Of a DNA stretch of 64,000 bases, positions 1-8,318 are shown piece by piece (within the stretch, counting starts at the first letter, position 1; every line of letters starts with the position of its first letter). Under the pieces are notes generated by a model. It searched no databases and had not been told where the DNA came from. It saw only the letters and a program-made list of their open reading frames with translations. The stretch comes from a bacterium (lineage in GTDB: Bacteria; Bacillota; Clostridia; Oscillospirales; Oscillospiraceae): contig CAVLCF010000111.1 in assembly GCA_963661735.1 (NCBI GenBank), positions 8,063 to 72,062 on the forward strand, given 5' to 3'. Position numbers and translations under genes: made by a program.

Positions 1-1070
1 GCGGCACAGCTGCCGCAAAGCTGAATTTTTCTCTGGCACGGGCTCTGGACCTTTTCGGCCGCCTCAATAGCATTGTCCAGAATGTTTCCGAAAATCGTAC
101 ATACGTCAAAGCTCTCCATATAGGAGCAGGGGCGGAAGTCCAGTTCCACTGTCATTTCTATTCCATGGACAGCGGCAATGCGGATTTTTTCAGCCAGGAG
201 ACCATCCAGCAGTTCATTTCCCGTTCTGCGCAGAACCTCCAGCTTTTTCAGACTGTCCAGCATCTGTTCAATATATTCGTCCACCTTCGCAGCGTCACTC
301 TCGATACTGCGGAGCGCAAGCAGGTGGTTTTTCATATCATGGTGCAGCCGCCGGACATCCGTTTCGGCTTCCTGCCGTTCCCGCAGGGCCTCGTAGCGGT
401 ATTGCCCGGCCAAGTCCAGCATACGCTCCTTGCCGCGGCTCTCGCTGACCGCCATGTACCGCTCGAACAGGAGCATTCCACCGATAACAAAGCTCTGCAT
501 TAAAATGATATACACCGTCAGCTCCGGCTGGGCACGGCCCAGGGCGCTTGCTTTCGTGACGGCGAGCATCTGCACCAGGTAGGCCTCGCAGAAAATTACA
601 TAACCGAGCAGCAGAAAACGCTCTTTTTCAATTTTTTGAATTCGATTCATCGGAAGCAATCTGGTAAGGACAGTGATAACCAGGAAATAGGTCCCGTGCT
701 CCAGCGTCGCACCCAAAACGCGATCCCAGAGCGCGCTTCCGGTAAGAGAAATTTCTCCGCGTGTAATGCCGCTGAGCCATGGGGTAGCAAAAATCGTTGA
801 GCAGAGCGTAAAGCCGATCCACGTCAGGCAGGAAAAATACAGGCATCTTTTCCAATCAAGGCCCTTATAAAAATAAAGGAACACCGCGTTCGGGAGCAGC
901 CGAAGAACCGTGAACAGCCATACAGGCTCCAATTGATTGAACACAAGATAAAACGGAAGCCGCAGTCCAATCAGGACCAGGCAGGAAAATACTATGCTGC
1001 GCAATGACTGCCGCTTTTCTGGCTGAATCGGCGCGTAGGCCCAGAGCAATGTCAGTGTATTAAACAACAT
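1..1070 (-). CDS. Sensor histidine kinase, AgrC/LytS-like GHKL type (TCS-1); 3' end cut by window edge
   Basis: Minus-strand frame from ATG at 1070 reads MLFNTLTLLWAYAPIQPEKRQS. It has a polytopic N-terminus, an H-box RRLHHDMKNHLLALRS and an N-box CTIFGNILDNAIEAAEK. It is absent from the ORF track because it runs off the window. Paralog of 17859-19181 and 25452-26759. Confidence 0.8.
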   Translation of the reverse strand, partial: MLFNTLTLLWAYAPIQPEKRQSLRSIVFSCLVLIGLRLPFYLVFNQLEPVWLFTVLRLLPNAVFLYFYKGLDWKRCLYFSCLTWIGFTLCSTIFATPWLSGITRGEISLTGSALWDRVLGATLEHGTYFLVITVLTRLLPMNRIQKIEKERFLLLGYVIFCEAYLVQMLAVTKASALGRAQPELTVYIILMQSFVIGGMLLFERYMAVSESRGKERMLDLAGQYRYEALRERQEAETDVRRLHHDMKNHLLALRSIESDAAKVDEYIEQMLDSLKKLEVLRRTGNELLDGLLAEKIRIAAVHGIEMTVELDFRPCSYMESFDVCTIFGNILDNAIEAAEKVQSPCQRKIQLCGSCA

Positions 1071-1081
1071 CAATCGGTAAA

Positions 1082-1801
1082 TCACTGCCAATGGCTCCTT
1101 TCCGCAAACGATGAGAAGGCCAAGAGGAATTCCCTTCGCCGGTGCTTGCTCAGCGGAACCGCCTCCCCGTTGCTCATAATCAGCTGATCCTGTAAAACCC
1201 GCCGGATATGACGCAGATTCACCAGATAGCTTTTGTGGCAGCGGAAAAAGTCCTGGCCTGTCAGCTGCTGCTCCACAGTGTTCAGACGTATATAATAATT
1301 CTTTTTGTAGTCCGCCATAACAACCCGGGTCGTGTGATCCAGAACATCGAAATACAGAATATCCCTGCTGTTCAGATAATCCATGTCCACGCCGTCTTTC
1401 AGAACGATCCGCTTTCCCTTTTGCCGGTAAATCTGGTTTACGGCTTCTGTAACGCAGGCAGAAAAGCGCTCAAAGGAAATGGGCTTCGGAAGAAACGACC
1501 AGGGATGTACCTCGTAACCATCCAGGGCATATTGCACCATGGTCGTGAGAAAAATCAGGCACAGCGATTGATTTTTCCGCCGGATCTGTTTTGCGGCGTC
1601 CAGACCGGACAGCTCTCCCATGCGGATATCCAGAATCAGAAGGTCCGCCTTTTCCAGCTCCCGGCTGCGCAGGAGCTCCTCCGCGGAGCCGCAGCAGCTG
1701 ACGTGCAGGTCTCCCTCAGAAAAGGCAGGCATTCTCCCAAGATATGCTTTTACCTGCTCCAGCACAGCCTGTTCATCGTCACACAGTATAACATTCAGCA
1801 C
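1082..1801 (-). CDS. LytTR-family response regulator (TCS-1)
   Basis: GTG at 1801, 5 nt after GGAGGGG. Receiver domain VLNVILCDDEQ...LLILDIRMGELSG. C-terminal LytTR domain FFRCHKSYLVNL...PLSKHRRREF. Only the last 239 codons of the 722-aa run-on track ORF are used. Confidence 0.88.
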   Translation of the reverse strand: MLNVILCDDEQAVLEQVKAYLGRMPAFSEGDLHVSCCGSAEELLRSRELEKADLLILDIRMGELSGLDAAKQIRRKNQSLCLIFLTTMVQYALDGYEVHPWSFLPKPISFERFSACVTEAVNQIYRQKGKRIVLKDGVDMDYLNSRDILYFDVLDHTTRVVMADYKKNYYIRLNTVEQQLTGQDFFRCHKSYLVNLRHIRRVLQDQLIMSNGEAVPLSKHRRREFLLAFSSFAERSHWQ

Positions 1802-1840
1802 AATTTTCCCCTCCAGAAGGATTTTCTTTTGTATGATCTG

Positions 1841-1871
1841 CCATTGACGGTGCAAAGCCTCCCACTCACGG
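1841..1871 (+). promoter_or_regulatory. Candidate LytTR-regulator binding site: two 10-bp direct repeats with 21-bp period
   Basis: CCATTGACGG (1841-1850) and CCACTCACGG (1862-1871), 8 nt upstream of a -35 element. The 9-10 bp repeats with an ~12 bp spacer match the AgrA/LytTR box geometry. Confidence 0.55.
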
Positions 1872-1879
1872 CGATGGTC

Positions 1880-1908
1880 TTGAACCGTCAAAAAATGTCG
1901 GATATAAT
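1880..1908 (+). promoter_or_regulatory. Sigma-70-type promoter for hydrolase-membrane paralog 1
   Basis: TTGAAC (1880-1885), 17-nt spacer, TATAAT (1903-1908), about 50 nt upstream of ATG 1958. Confidence 0.55.
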
Positions 1909-1957
1909 ACAGCCAACGTATCGGGCCGATATAAAAACACAGGAAAGGGATCATACC

Positions 1958-3790
1958 ATGAAGAAATCTTCTCCAACCGCATCCGCAGAACGCTCCGGCG
2001 CAGTGCGCTTCTTCGCCATTGCGCTTGCCGTGCTTCTGCTCAGCTCCATTTTCATCTGGGGCTTCCAGACCTCTTGGGGTGATGTGCGCATTGAGCGGCT
2101 GCATCTGAATTCCCCTGACGGTACAAAGCTCAGCACACTGCTCTATATTCCCAAAAACGCGACGGCAGAGAATCCTGCTCCCTGCGCCGTCATTTATCAC
2201 GGCCGCTCCAATCAGGGCCACTCCAATGACACCTGGTCCATGGAGCTTGCCCGCAGAGGCTATGTAGTCCTCAGCCCGGACCTGACCGGCGGCGGCGAAT
2301 CCTACACCTTTGACGGAGGCTATTTCACGGATGGCCGCACCATGCAGGGTGTTGCGACACTGGATTACGCGCTGTCCCTGGACATTGTTGATCCGGAGCA
2401 GGTGAACCTCATCGGCTATTCCCTTGGCACAAACACCGCAACCCAGGTTGCCGCCGCGGAACCCGAAAAGGTCCACTCCGTCCTGAACGTTATGGGTCCC
2501 TTTATGATCCTGCGTTCCATGGATACCATCCACAAGCTGCTGACAGAGGATAATATCAGCTTTGGCATTCTGAAAGCCGACTGCGATCAGTATGACTACA
2601 GCTTTATCGGAACACCCGAGGAATGCCGTGTCAAGGTATCCGCCGCTCTGCAAATGGACACCGTGCTGACCCCGGATACAGATATTCCTTTCGGTGAAAC
2701 CAGCATCCTTCGCTACATCGAGGTATTCGGTACCATGCACCAGACGGGCAATATCAGCGCCGATACCATCAACGCCATCCTGTCCTTTGAGGATTCTCAG
2801 AACACTGCACCCATCTCTTTGGCAAACAGCGACCAGCAGTGGCTGCCTCAGCAGCTGTTCAGCGGCATCGCCTGCGTTACCATGATGTTTGCTCTGGCTG
2901 CTTTCCTGAATCTGCTGATGCAGACCCCTTTCTTCGGCTCCATCGCCTTTGCCCGTGTGCCTCGCAAGGAACTGCGCGGCGCAAAAGCCTGGCTCACAGA
3001 TATTCTTTTCACCTTCGTGATTCCCGCTGCTCTGTTCATCCCCGTATCCACATGGGGTATGAAGTGGTTTGCGAAAAGCAAAATCCTGACCTCTACAAAT
3101 CTGAACGGCATCATGCTCTGGCTGCTGATCGCCATGGGACTGATTGGCATTATCCGCATGATCGTAAAGGCGAACAAACGAAAGAAGAATGGCGAAACCA
3201 TCGCCCTCTCCGACTATTGCATCGCAGCAGCAGGAGACAACAGGTTCCATTGGAGCTATGTTGGCAAGGCATTCCTGATGGGCCTGATCGTTGTCTGCTT
3301 CTTTGGCCTCTGGATGACCGCTATGGAGGGCTTCCTGGGCATTGACTATCAGGTGTGGAACCTGTCCACTTATCTGAAGCCCAGCCCCGAGCGTATCGTA
3401 AAGTCCATTCCCTACATGATTATTATACTGATCGTTATGGGTCTTGGCAATATCAATCAGCGCGTGCTACCCTCTACCGGCAATGAACGCAAGGATCTGT
3501 GGATTGCCGTAGCTGTCAACACAGTTCTCACCGCCTCCGCCCTGTTTGTCCTGCTGGTCGTCCAGTACGGCGGAAGCCTGATGCTGGGAACCGGCCAGGT
3601 GCCCTTTGCCGGAGACGGCGGCAGCACCGGTGCTCTGGACTTCGCCTTTGGTTATTGCTACATGATGGGCGGAACCACCGGCGTTGTTACCTACCTGTAT
3701 CGGAAGCACGGTAATGTGCTTGCCGGCGTTATTCCCTGTGCCATGTTTGCCGGACTGTTCACTCTGGTTGGCTTTACACTGGTGCGCTGA
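1958..3790 (+). CDS. Signal-anchored alpha/beta-hydrolase fused to a polytopic membrane domain (paralog 1 of 5); uncharacterised family
   Basis: ATG 1958 in frame with track ORF 1208..3790. N-terminal TM segment FFAIALAVLLLSSIFIW. YIPKNATAENPAP..HG block, nucleophile elbow GYSLG, candidate His in GTMHQ. C-terminal ~300 aa is multi-TM with NQRVLPSTGNERKD and YLYRKHGN motifs. Confidence 0.8.
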   Translation: MKKSSPTASAERSGAVRFFAIALAVLLLSSIFIWGFQTSWGDVRIERLHLNSPDGTKLSTLLYIPKNATAENPAPCAVIYHGRSNQGHSNDTWSMELARRGYVVLSPDLTGGGESYTFDGGYFTDGRTMQGVATLDYALSLDIVDPEQVNLIGYSLGTNTATQVAAAEPEKVHSVLNVMGPFMILRSMDTIHKLLTEDNISFGILKADCDQYDYSFIGTPEECRVKVSAALQMDTVLTPDTDIPFGETSILRYIEVFGTMHQTGNISADTINAILSFEDSQNTAPISLANSDQQWLPQQLFSGIACVTMMFALAAFLNLLMQTPFFGSIAFARVPRKELRGAKAWLTDILFTFVIPAALFIPVSTWGMKWFAKSKILTSTNLNGIMLWLLIAMGLIGIIRMIVKANKRKKNGETIALSDYCIAAAGDNRFHWSYVGKAFLMGLIVVCFFGLWMTAMEGFLGIDYQVWNLSTYLKPSPERIVKSIPYMIIILIVMGLGNINQRVLPSTGNERKDLWIAVAVNTVLTASALFVLLVVQYGGSLMLGTGQVPFAGDGGSTGALDFAFGYCYMMGGTTGVVTYLYRKHGNVLAGVIPCAMFAGLFTLVGFTLVR

Positions 3791-3834
3791 TTCTCTGCTT
3801 CTCCTTATCCCGTTTCCAACATAGCGCTTTCTAA

Positions 3835-3880
3835 CGGATAGATGTACACGCTCAGGCAAGTACATCTATCCGATTTCTTT
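3835..3880. terminator. Bidirectional rho-independent terminator between convergent genes
   Basis: 13-bp perfect arms CGGATAGATGTAC / GTACATCTATCCG (3835-3847, 3860-3872) followed by a TTTCTTT run. Confidence 0.7.
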
Positions 3881-4319
3881 ATTTATGACCAGCCACCCCG
3901 TTCGGGCCAATCGGCACAAAGGGCATTTCCACCGCAAACATACTGAAAAGCCCCTCGCAGAGCAGCTTCCCATCCTCACTTCGGATCTCCACCCGTACGC
4001 TGCATACCGTCCGGCCGGCGTGCAGGACGGTTCCCTCGGCGTACAGCGTTCCGTCGGACACATTTCCCAGGAACTGGAGGCTGGCGTTCTGGGTAACATA
4101 CTTTCTTCCATCCGTCAGCGCCGCAAGTCCCGCGGTGGTGTCCGCCATGCTCATGTAAAACCCACCGTGGACAATGCCATAATTGTTCCGCAGCTGGGGA
4201 CGGATAGGGGCGCTGACCTGGACACGCCCCAGCTCTGCCCGGAGAATGGACAGCCGATTGTCCTTCATAAAGGGTGTATTGTCTACCCGCTCATGGAGCC
4301 TGCGCTCGATCTCCGTCAT
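3879..4319 (-). CDS. PaaI-family hotdog-fold acyl-CoA thioesterase
   Basis: 146 aa with NNYGIVHGGFYMSMADTTAG and a hotdog-like C-terminal half. Its start overlaps the upstream stop by 4 nt (4316-4319). Confidence 0.8.
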   Translation of the reverse strand: MTEIERRLHERVDNTPFMKDNRLSILRAELGRVQVSAPIRPQLRNNYGIVHGGFYMSMADTTAGLAALTDGRKYVTQNASLQFLGNVSDGTLYAEGTVLHAGRTVCSVRVEIRSEDGKLLCEGLFSMFAVEMPFVPIGPNGVAGHK

Positions 4320-5617
4320 TTTTCCGCACTCCCTTCCAGTCTTTGCTCCAAACCGGAGCGCAGCAGCTTTGCCGCGCCCTCAACACCGCAGACCGATGTA
4401 TTCAGCGTCATTGCATAGTGGCAGGCCAGGCCCCAGGGCTCCCCCGTAAAGTGGCGGCAGTAGTTCTGACGGAAGCTGTCCTCCCGGCGAAGCCGCAGCA
4501 GGGCTTCCCGCTGGGACTCCTTCTTTTCATCCCGGATCCTCTCTGCCCGGAAAGTCTCGTCAGCGGTGACAAATACATGGAAGCAGTTTGCCCTGTTGCG
4601 CAGAATATAGCTTGCCAGCCGCCCCACAATGACGCAGCTTCCCGCGGCGGCATAGTCCTCGATCACCTTGCTCTGGGCGTAAAAAATCGCATCCTGCCTG
4701 GAAATGCTCTGACTGGACGCAAAGCTGGCCTGATAGAGCCCATACAGCAGCGGGCTGGAAAGCCGCTCCTCCTGCTGCCGGATGACTTCCTCGGAGAATC
4801 CGGTTTTTTCCGCCGTCTCCGCGATCAGCGCATAGTCATAGAACGGGATCCCCAGCTCTTTGGCAATACGCTGCCCGATCTCGTGGCCGCCGCTTCCAAG
4901 CTCTCGCTCTATGGTAATTACCAGCGGCGTGCCGGATCGCGCAGCCTTCCGGTCTGCCGTCTGCTCCGTTTCAAGCAGCTTATCCAGGAAATGGAATTTT
5001 CTGCTGTAGAGCTGCACAAACAGGCCCACCAGCACTGCCGCAAGAACCGTCCCCTCCCGGATACCCTCCAATCTGCCGAAGCCGATCAGGGACACGCAGC
5101 AGCTGACGATTACAAAGCCGCAGTCCAGGCCGATCTTCACCTTGCCGAATTCCAGGTGAAATACCTGAGCAAAGGCGCTGATGGCTCCTTCCGTGGCCAT
5201 GACGATCAAACCGGCCTTTACTTCCAGGTACAGGCCGAAGCCCATAACGGCGCAGCTTACAACGCACAGCGCCAGCCGCAGAGGATAAGCCGTCACCTGC
5301 ATGGCCGCTACCAGACCGTTGGTAAAGTCCGTGAAAAAGCCAAAGCACATCACAACGGCCAACTGAAGCAGTTGAATAGGATGGTAGTTCTTTCGCAGCA
5401 GCAAAATCTGGACAAGGACAAACACGATGTTGACAATGATCGTAAACGTACCCATAGATATGGGAAAAAGTCTGCACAGCAAATATGGCAGGCTTGCCGA
5501 CGGGGAAACGCCAAGGCCCGACTTTGTGGAAAGGGCCACACCCATGGCGATGAAAAACAGGCCGCTCAACAAAACCAACAGCCGGAGAACAAAACGCTTC
5601 AGTAAGTGTTTTTTCAC
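4316..5617 (-). CDS. Fusion protein: YczE/DUF6198-like membrane domain plus cytidylate-kinase-like P-loop domain
   Basis: GTG 5617 follows AGGAGG. The N-terminal ~210 aa is polytopic (LLVLLSGLFFIAMGVALSTKSGLGVSP). The C-terminal half has ITIERELGSGGHEIGQRIAKELGIPFYD and VIVGR, typical of the cytidylate-kinase-like family. Confidence 0.7.
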   Translation of the reverse strand: MKKHLLKRFVLRLLVLLSGLFFIAMGVALSTKSGLGVSPSASLPYLLCRLFPISMGTFTIIVNIVFVLVQILLLRKNYHPIQLLQLAVVMCFGFFTDFTNGLVAAMQVTAYPLRLALCVVSCAVMGFGLYLEVKAGLIVMATEGAISAFAQVFHLEFGKVKIGLDCGFVIVSCCVSLIGFGRLEGIREGTVLAAVLVGLFVQLYSRKFHFLDKLLETEQTADRKAARSGTPLVITIERELGSGGHEIGQRIAKELGIPFYDYALIAETAEKTGFSEEVIRQQEERLSSPLLYGLYQASFASSQSISRQDAIFYAQSKVIEDYAAAGSCVIVGRLASYILRNRANCFHVFVTADETFRAERIRDEKKESQREALLRLRREDSFRQNYCRHFTGEPWGLACHYAMTLNTSVCGVEGAAKLLRSGLEQRLEGSAEK

Positions 5618-5938
5618 GGTTCCTACCTCCTGAAAGAAAATCAAAACAGGCCCGAAGCAGTGTGGGAAACAAATCCAGAACTGCATCGAGCCCGTTTTCT
5701 TATGGAATTTGCAGTTCTTCCCATGCCCTCAAAAGTGCCCGGGATGTCCGCCCGTAGTTGCACCGGGCGGATATCCCCAGGCGCCGCGCCATACCTGCCG
5801 CAGGAATCAAAGAAAGGAAAAAAGAAATTACGGCAGAAAACCCATAGCGCAGTACTGAGAAGGAGGATTCTCATAGGAACAGAAGGGAACGGCTGCCTGA
5901 CCGATTCTCTTCTCTGGGTTTTCAAAGTCAATTGCGGC

Positions 5939-7186
5939 TCAGCCGATGCGCTTTACGTCGCAGGCTTCTCCCGCCTCGAACATAGCGTCAATTTCAGCCG
6001 CCGTATAACCGGCATCTGCCAGGACCGCTCTGGTGTCCTCGCCCAGGAAGTGGGCACGCTCATAAGGCGGCAGATCGGTTTCGGTGAAGATAACAGGCGT
6101 GCGGACCATGGTGCGGCTGTTGCCGCTGGGGAAATCGACCTTTGCCAGAATGTCGCTGGCCCAAGCCTGCTTGTCTTCCAGCACCTCATTCCAGGTCTGC
6201 GCCAGCGCTACAGGCATATCCGCCTTGCCCATGGCCTCGACCCAATATGCCATAGGCTTGGAGCCGATCTCAGAGACCATAATGTCGTAGAATTCATCCA
6301 GGTGATTCTGCAGATTGGTCTGGGGGTAGAATTTTTCATTATCCACCAGGTCCGGACGTCCCAGGACCTCCCCCACGAACTTGTTGTAGCAGGCGTCGTA
6401 ACGGGGCATGGCAAACATCAGCCAGCGGCCGTCGCTGGTCTTATGGACGACCTGAAGCTGATTTGCAAGCTGCTTGCGGCTGATGGGGTACTGGGTACCG
6501 GGGTCGCCGTACTGATTGGCGGACAGATACAGCGACACATCCCATACGCCGCTGTGGAACAGGCTGACTGTTACCTGGTCTCCCTGGCCGGTGGTCTTTG
6601 CGCGCAGCAGCGCCGCCAGGATGCCGCTGGCCAGATTCATGCCCACCTGGTGATCACCAAAGCCGGCAATAGGGGTCATGGGGATGGCATTCACATCATA
6701 CATGGTGCCCATAACGCCTGCCCGGGCAAAATAGGCGGTGAAGTCAAAGCCGGGCAGATCCTTATCCGGCCCCTTCTCGCCGTAGCCGCTGACAAAGCCA
6801 TAGACCAGCGCGGGATACTTCGCGTGGAGGGTCCCATAATCCAGCCCCATACGCTTCAGCGGAGATTGCCGGTTGTTGGTCACGAACACATCTGCCTTTG
6901 CCAGCAGCCGGTCCATGGCTTCCTTGCCCTTCTCCGTCTTCAGATTCAGCGTCACGGTCTTCTTGCCGGTATTCTCCAGGGTAAAGCTGGTATCCTCCTT
7001 GTCGCCGAAGGGGCGGCCCTCATTTACGGCCGTATAGCGCAGCGCGTCGCCGTTGGGGGCCTCTACCTTAATGACCTCGGCACCCAGGTCCGCCAGGTAC
7101 CGCGTGCAGCAGGGACCGGCAATAAAGGTGGCCAGCTCCACAACGTGAATGCCCTCCAGGGGGCGTTTGATCGTACTCATAAACAC
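5939..7186 (-). CDS. Family III (CaiB/BaiF) CoA-transferase, HadA/FldA-like
   Basis: LEGIHVVELATFIAGPCCTRYLADLGAEVIKVE N-terminus. 415 aa. Last gene of the dehydratase cluster. Confidence 0.85.
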   Translation of the reverse strand: MFMSTIKRPLEGIHVVELATFIAGPCCTRYLADLGAEVIKVEAPNGDALRYTAVNEGRPFGDKEDTSFTLENTGKKTVTLNLKTEKGKEAMDRLLAKADVFVTNNRQSPLKRMGLDYGTLHAKYPALVYGFVSGYGEKGPDKDLPGFDFTAYFARAGVMGTMYDVNAIPMTPIAGFGDHQVGMNLASGILAALLRAKTTGQGDQVTVSLFHSGVWDVSLYLSANQYGDPGTQYPISRKQLANQLQVVHKTSDGRWLMFAMPRYDACYNKFVGEVLGRPDLVDNEKFYPQTNLQNHLDEFYDIMVSEIGSKPMAYWVEAMGKADMPVALAQTWNEVLEDKQAWASDILAKVDFPSGNSRTMVRTPVIFTETDLPPYERAHFLGEDTRAVLADAGYTAAEIDAMFEAGEACDVKRIG

Positions 7187-7201
7187 AGCCTCTCTTTCAA
7201 A

Positions 7202-8317
7202 TCAAAGCATTTCCTTAAAGGTTTCAATGGCCGTTCTGGCCTGCTCGTAGTTCACCATCTGCCGGTCCACTTCAATGGAGGCAAAGGGAAGCTCCGCCGC
7301 CTCGCAGGCCCTCCGGATCAGCGGCGCGTCAAATTCTTCAGGGTCGCAGAATTTCGTCAGCGCAAACAAAACACCGTCCGCCTTTCGCTGCTTTGCCTGC
7401 TCCACGATCATGGACACACGCTTCTTCTCCACATCATATAGGAGGCTGCAATTGTCCATAGCGCAGAATTTCCGCGCCAGGCGGTCCAGAGGAGAACCCT
7501 CCGCCGGAGCATCCGTGCGGTACTGCCGGCTCTCGGCCGCCACATCATCTCCGACGATCTGCATACCGTTTTCATCCAGAATATCCAGCAGCGCCGGGGC
7601 ATCCAGCAAAATGCCGGTGGTATAGATCCGGGTCTTCTTCACGCCGGGCCGGGATTTTTGCAACGCATCAACCAGCGCCAGCGCCAGAGCGGTGTGTTCC
7701 TCCTTCAGCATGAAGAACGCGCTCTTGAAAATATCACTGCGCTGCCGGTTGGTAATTTCGGGGTGGTCTGCCAGCAGACCGCTCAGCATCCGCATGACCG
7801 CATTGTGTCGGTTGTAAATTTCCAGGCTTTCCTTGAGCTTTTCTTCCTCAAAGGTATTTCCGGTGGCCTTTTCCAGATCGCTGATGACCCGCCGATAGCC
7901 TGCCAGCGTGAAATCCACGCCGAAGTCCGTCTTCCGGTTCTGGGGATAGGTCATGGGAATGAACGGAATGGATGGCACCGCGTATTTCCAGTTCTCACCC
8001 ACTACCTTCAGGCTGTCACAGAGGCTGGGGATCACAATGGCGCTGGCGCCTGCGTAGGCTCCCCGCATCCCCAGCTCCACCATGCTCTGCACAATGGAGC
8101 AGATAAAGGCTGGAAAATAGCGTTTTGCCTCTTGCAGTTCCATGTCGCCGCCCCAGGCCCCCATAGGGACCATACCCATGGCGTGGATGATCTCCTCGGG
8201 CGTATACACAGGCGCTGTCAGAACGATCTTTTTACCGGCCGCCAGATAGGCATCCATCTGTGCTTTCGGATCGGAGGCAGCCGCATGAAAACGGTCCAGA
8301 ATCTCTTGCATCGTCAT
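7202..8317 (-). CDS. 2-hydroxyacyl-CoA dehydratase, beta/small subunit (HadC/FldC/HgdB-like)
   Basis: 371 aa, HgdB-like sequence. Starts 2 nt after the alpha subunit stop, so tightly coupled. Confidence 0.85.
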   Translation of the reverse strand: MTMQEILDRFHAAASDPKAQMDAYLAAGKKIVLTAPVYTPEEIIHAMGMVPMGAWGGDMELQEAKRYFPAFICSIVQSMVELGMRGAYAGASAIVIPSLCDSLKVVGENWKYAVPSIPFIPMTYPQNRKTDFGVDFTLAGYRRVISDLEKATGNTFEEEKLKESLEIYNRHNAVMRMLSGLLADHPEITNRQRSDIFKSAFFMLKEEHTALALALVDALQKSRPGVKKTRIYTTGILLDAPALLDILDENGMQIVGDDVAAESRQYRTDAPAEGSPLDRLARKFCAMDNCSLLYDVEKKRVSMIVEQAKQRKADGVLFALTKFCDPEEFDAPLIRRACEAAELPFASIEVDRQMVNYEQARTAIETFKEML

Positions 8318-8318
8318 A

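Noticed and set aside
1208-1957. 250-codon N-terminal extension of track ORF 1208..3790.
   Set aside because: It runs antisense through the LytTR regulator gene. The paralogs all begin at a short MKK-type signal anchor, and ATG 1958 has its own RBS and promoter.
1802-3250. Upstream 483 codons of the 722-aa minus-strand ORF.
   Set aside because: This is a shadow frame antisense to hydrolase paralog 1, with a low-complexity Gly/Ala/His-rich translation. The regulator starts at GTG 1801 after a strong RBS.
5747-5771. The CCGCCCGG...CGGGCGGA...CCCGGGCA stretch vaguely recalled a ZTP (pfl) riboswitch.
   Set aside because: The conserved pfl elements and pseudoknot arrangement could not be matched by eye. 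It is more simply a terminator hairpin of the upstream cluster.
5606-7441. Long plus-strand ORF of 611 aa. Similar long ORFs occur at 14067..15359, 27870..28754, 30247..32124, 32693..33820, 34575..35690, 37081..38919 and 38777..40057.
   Set aside because: These are antisense shadow ORFs typical of high-GC coding DNA. Their translations are Arg/Gly/Ala/His-rich without motifs, while the opposite strand encodes clearly recognisable enzymes.
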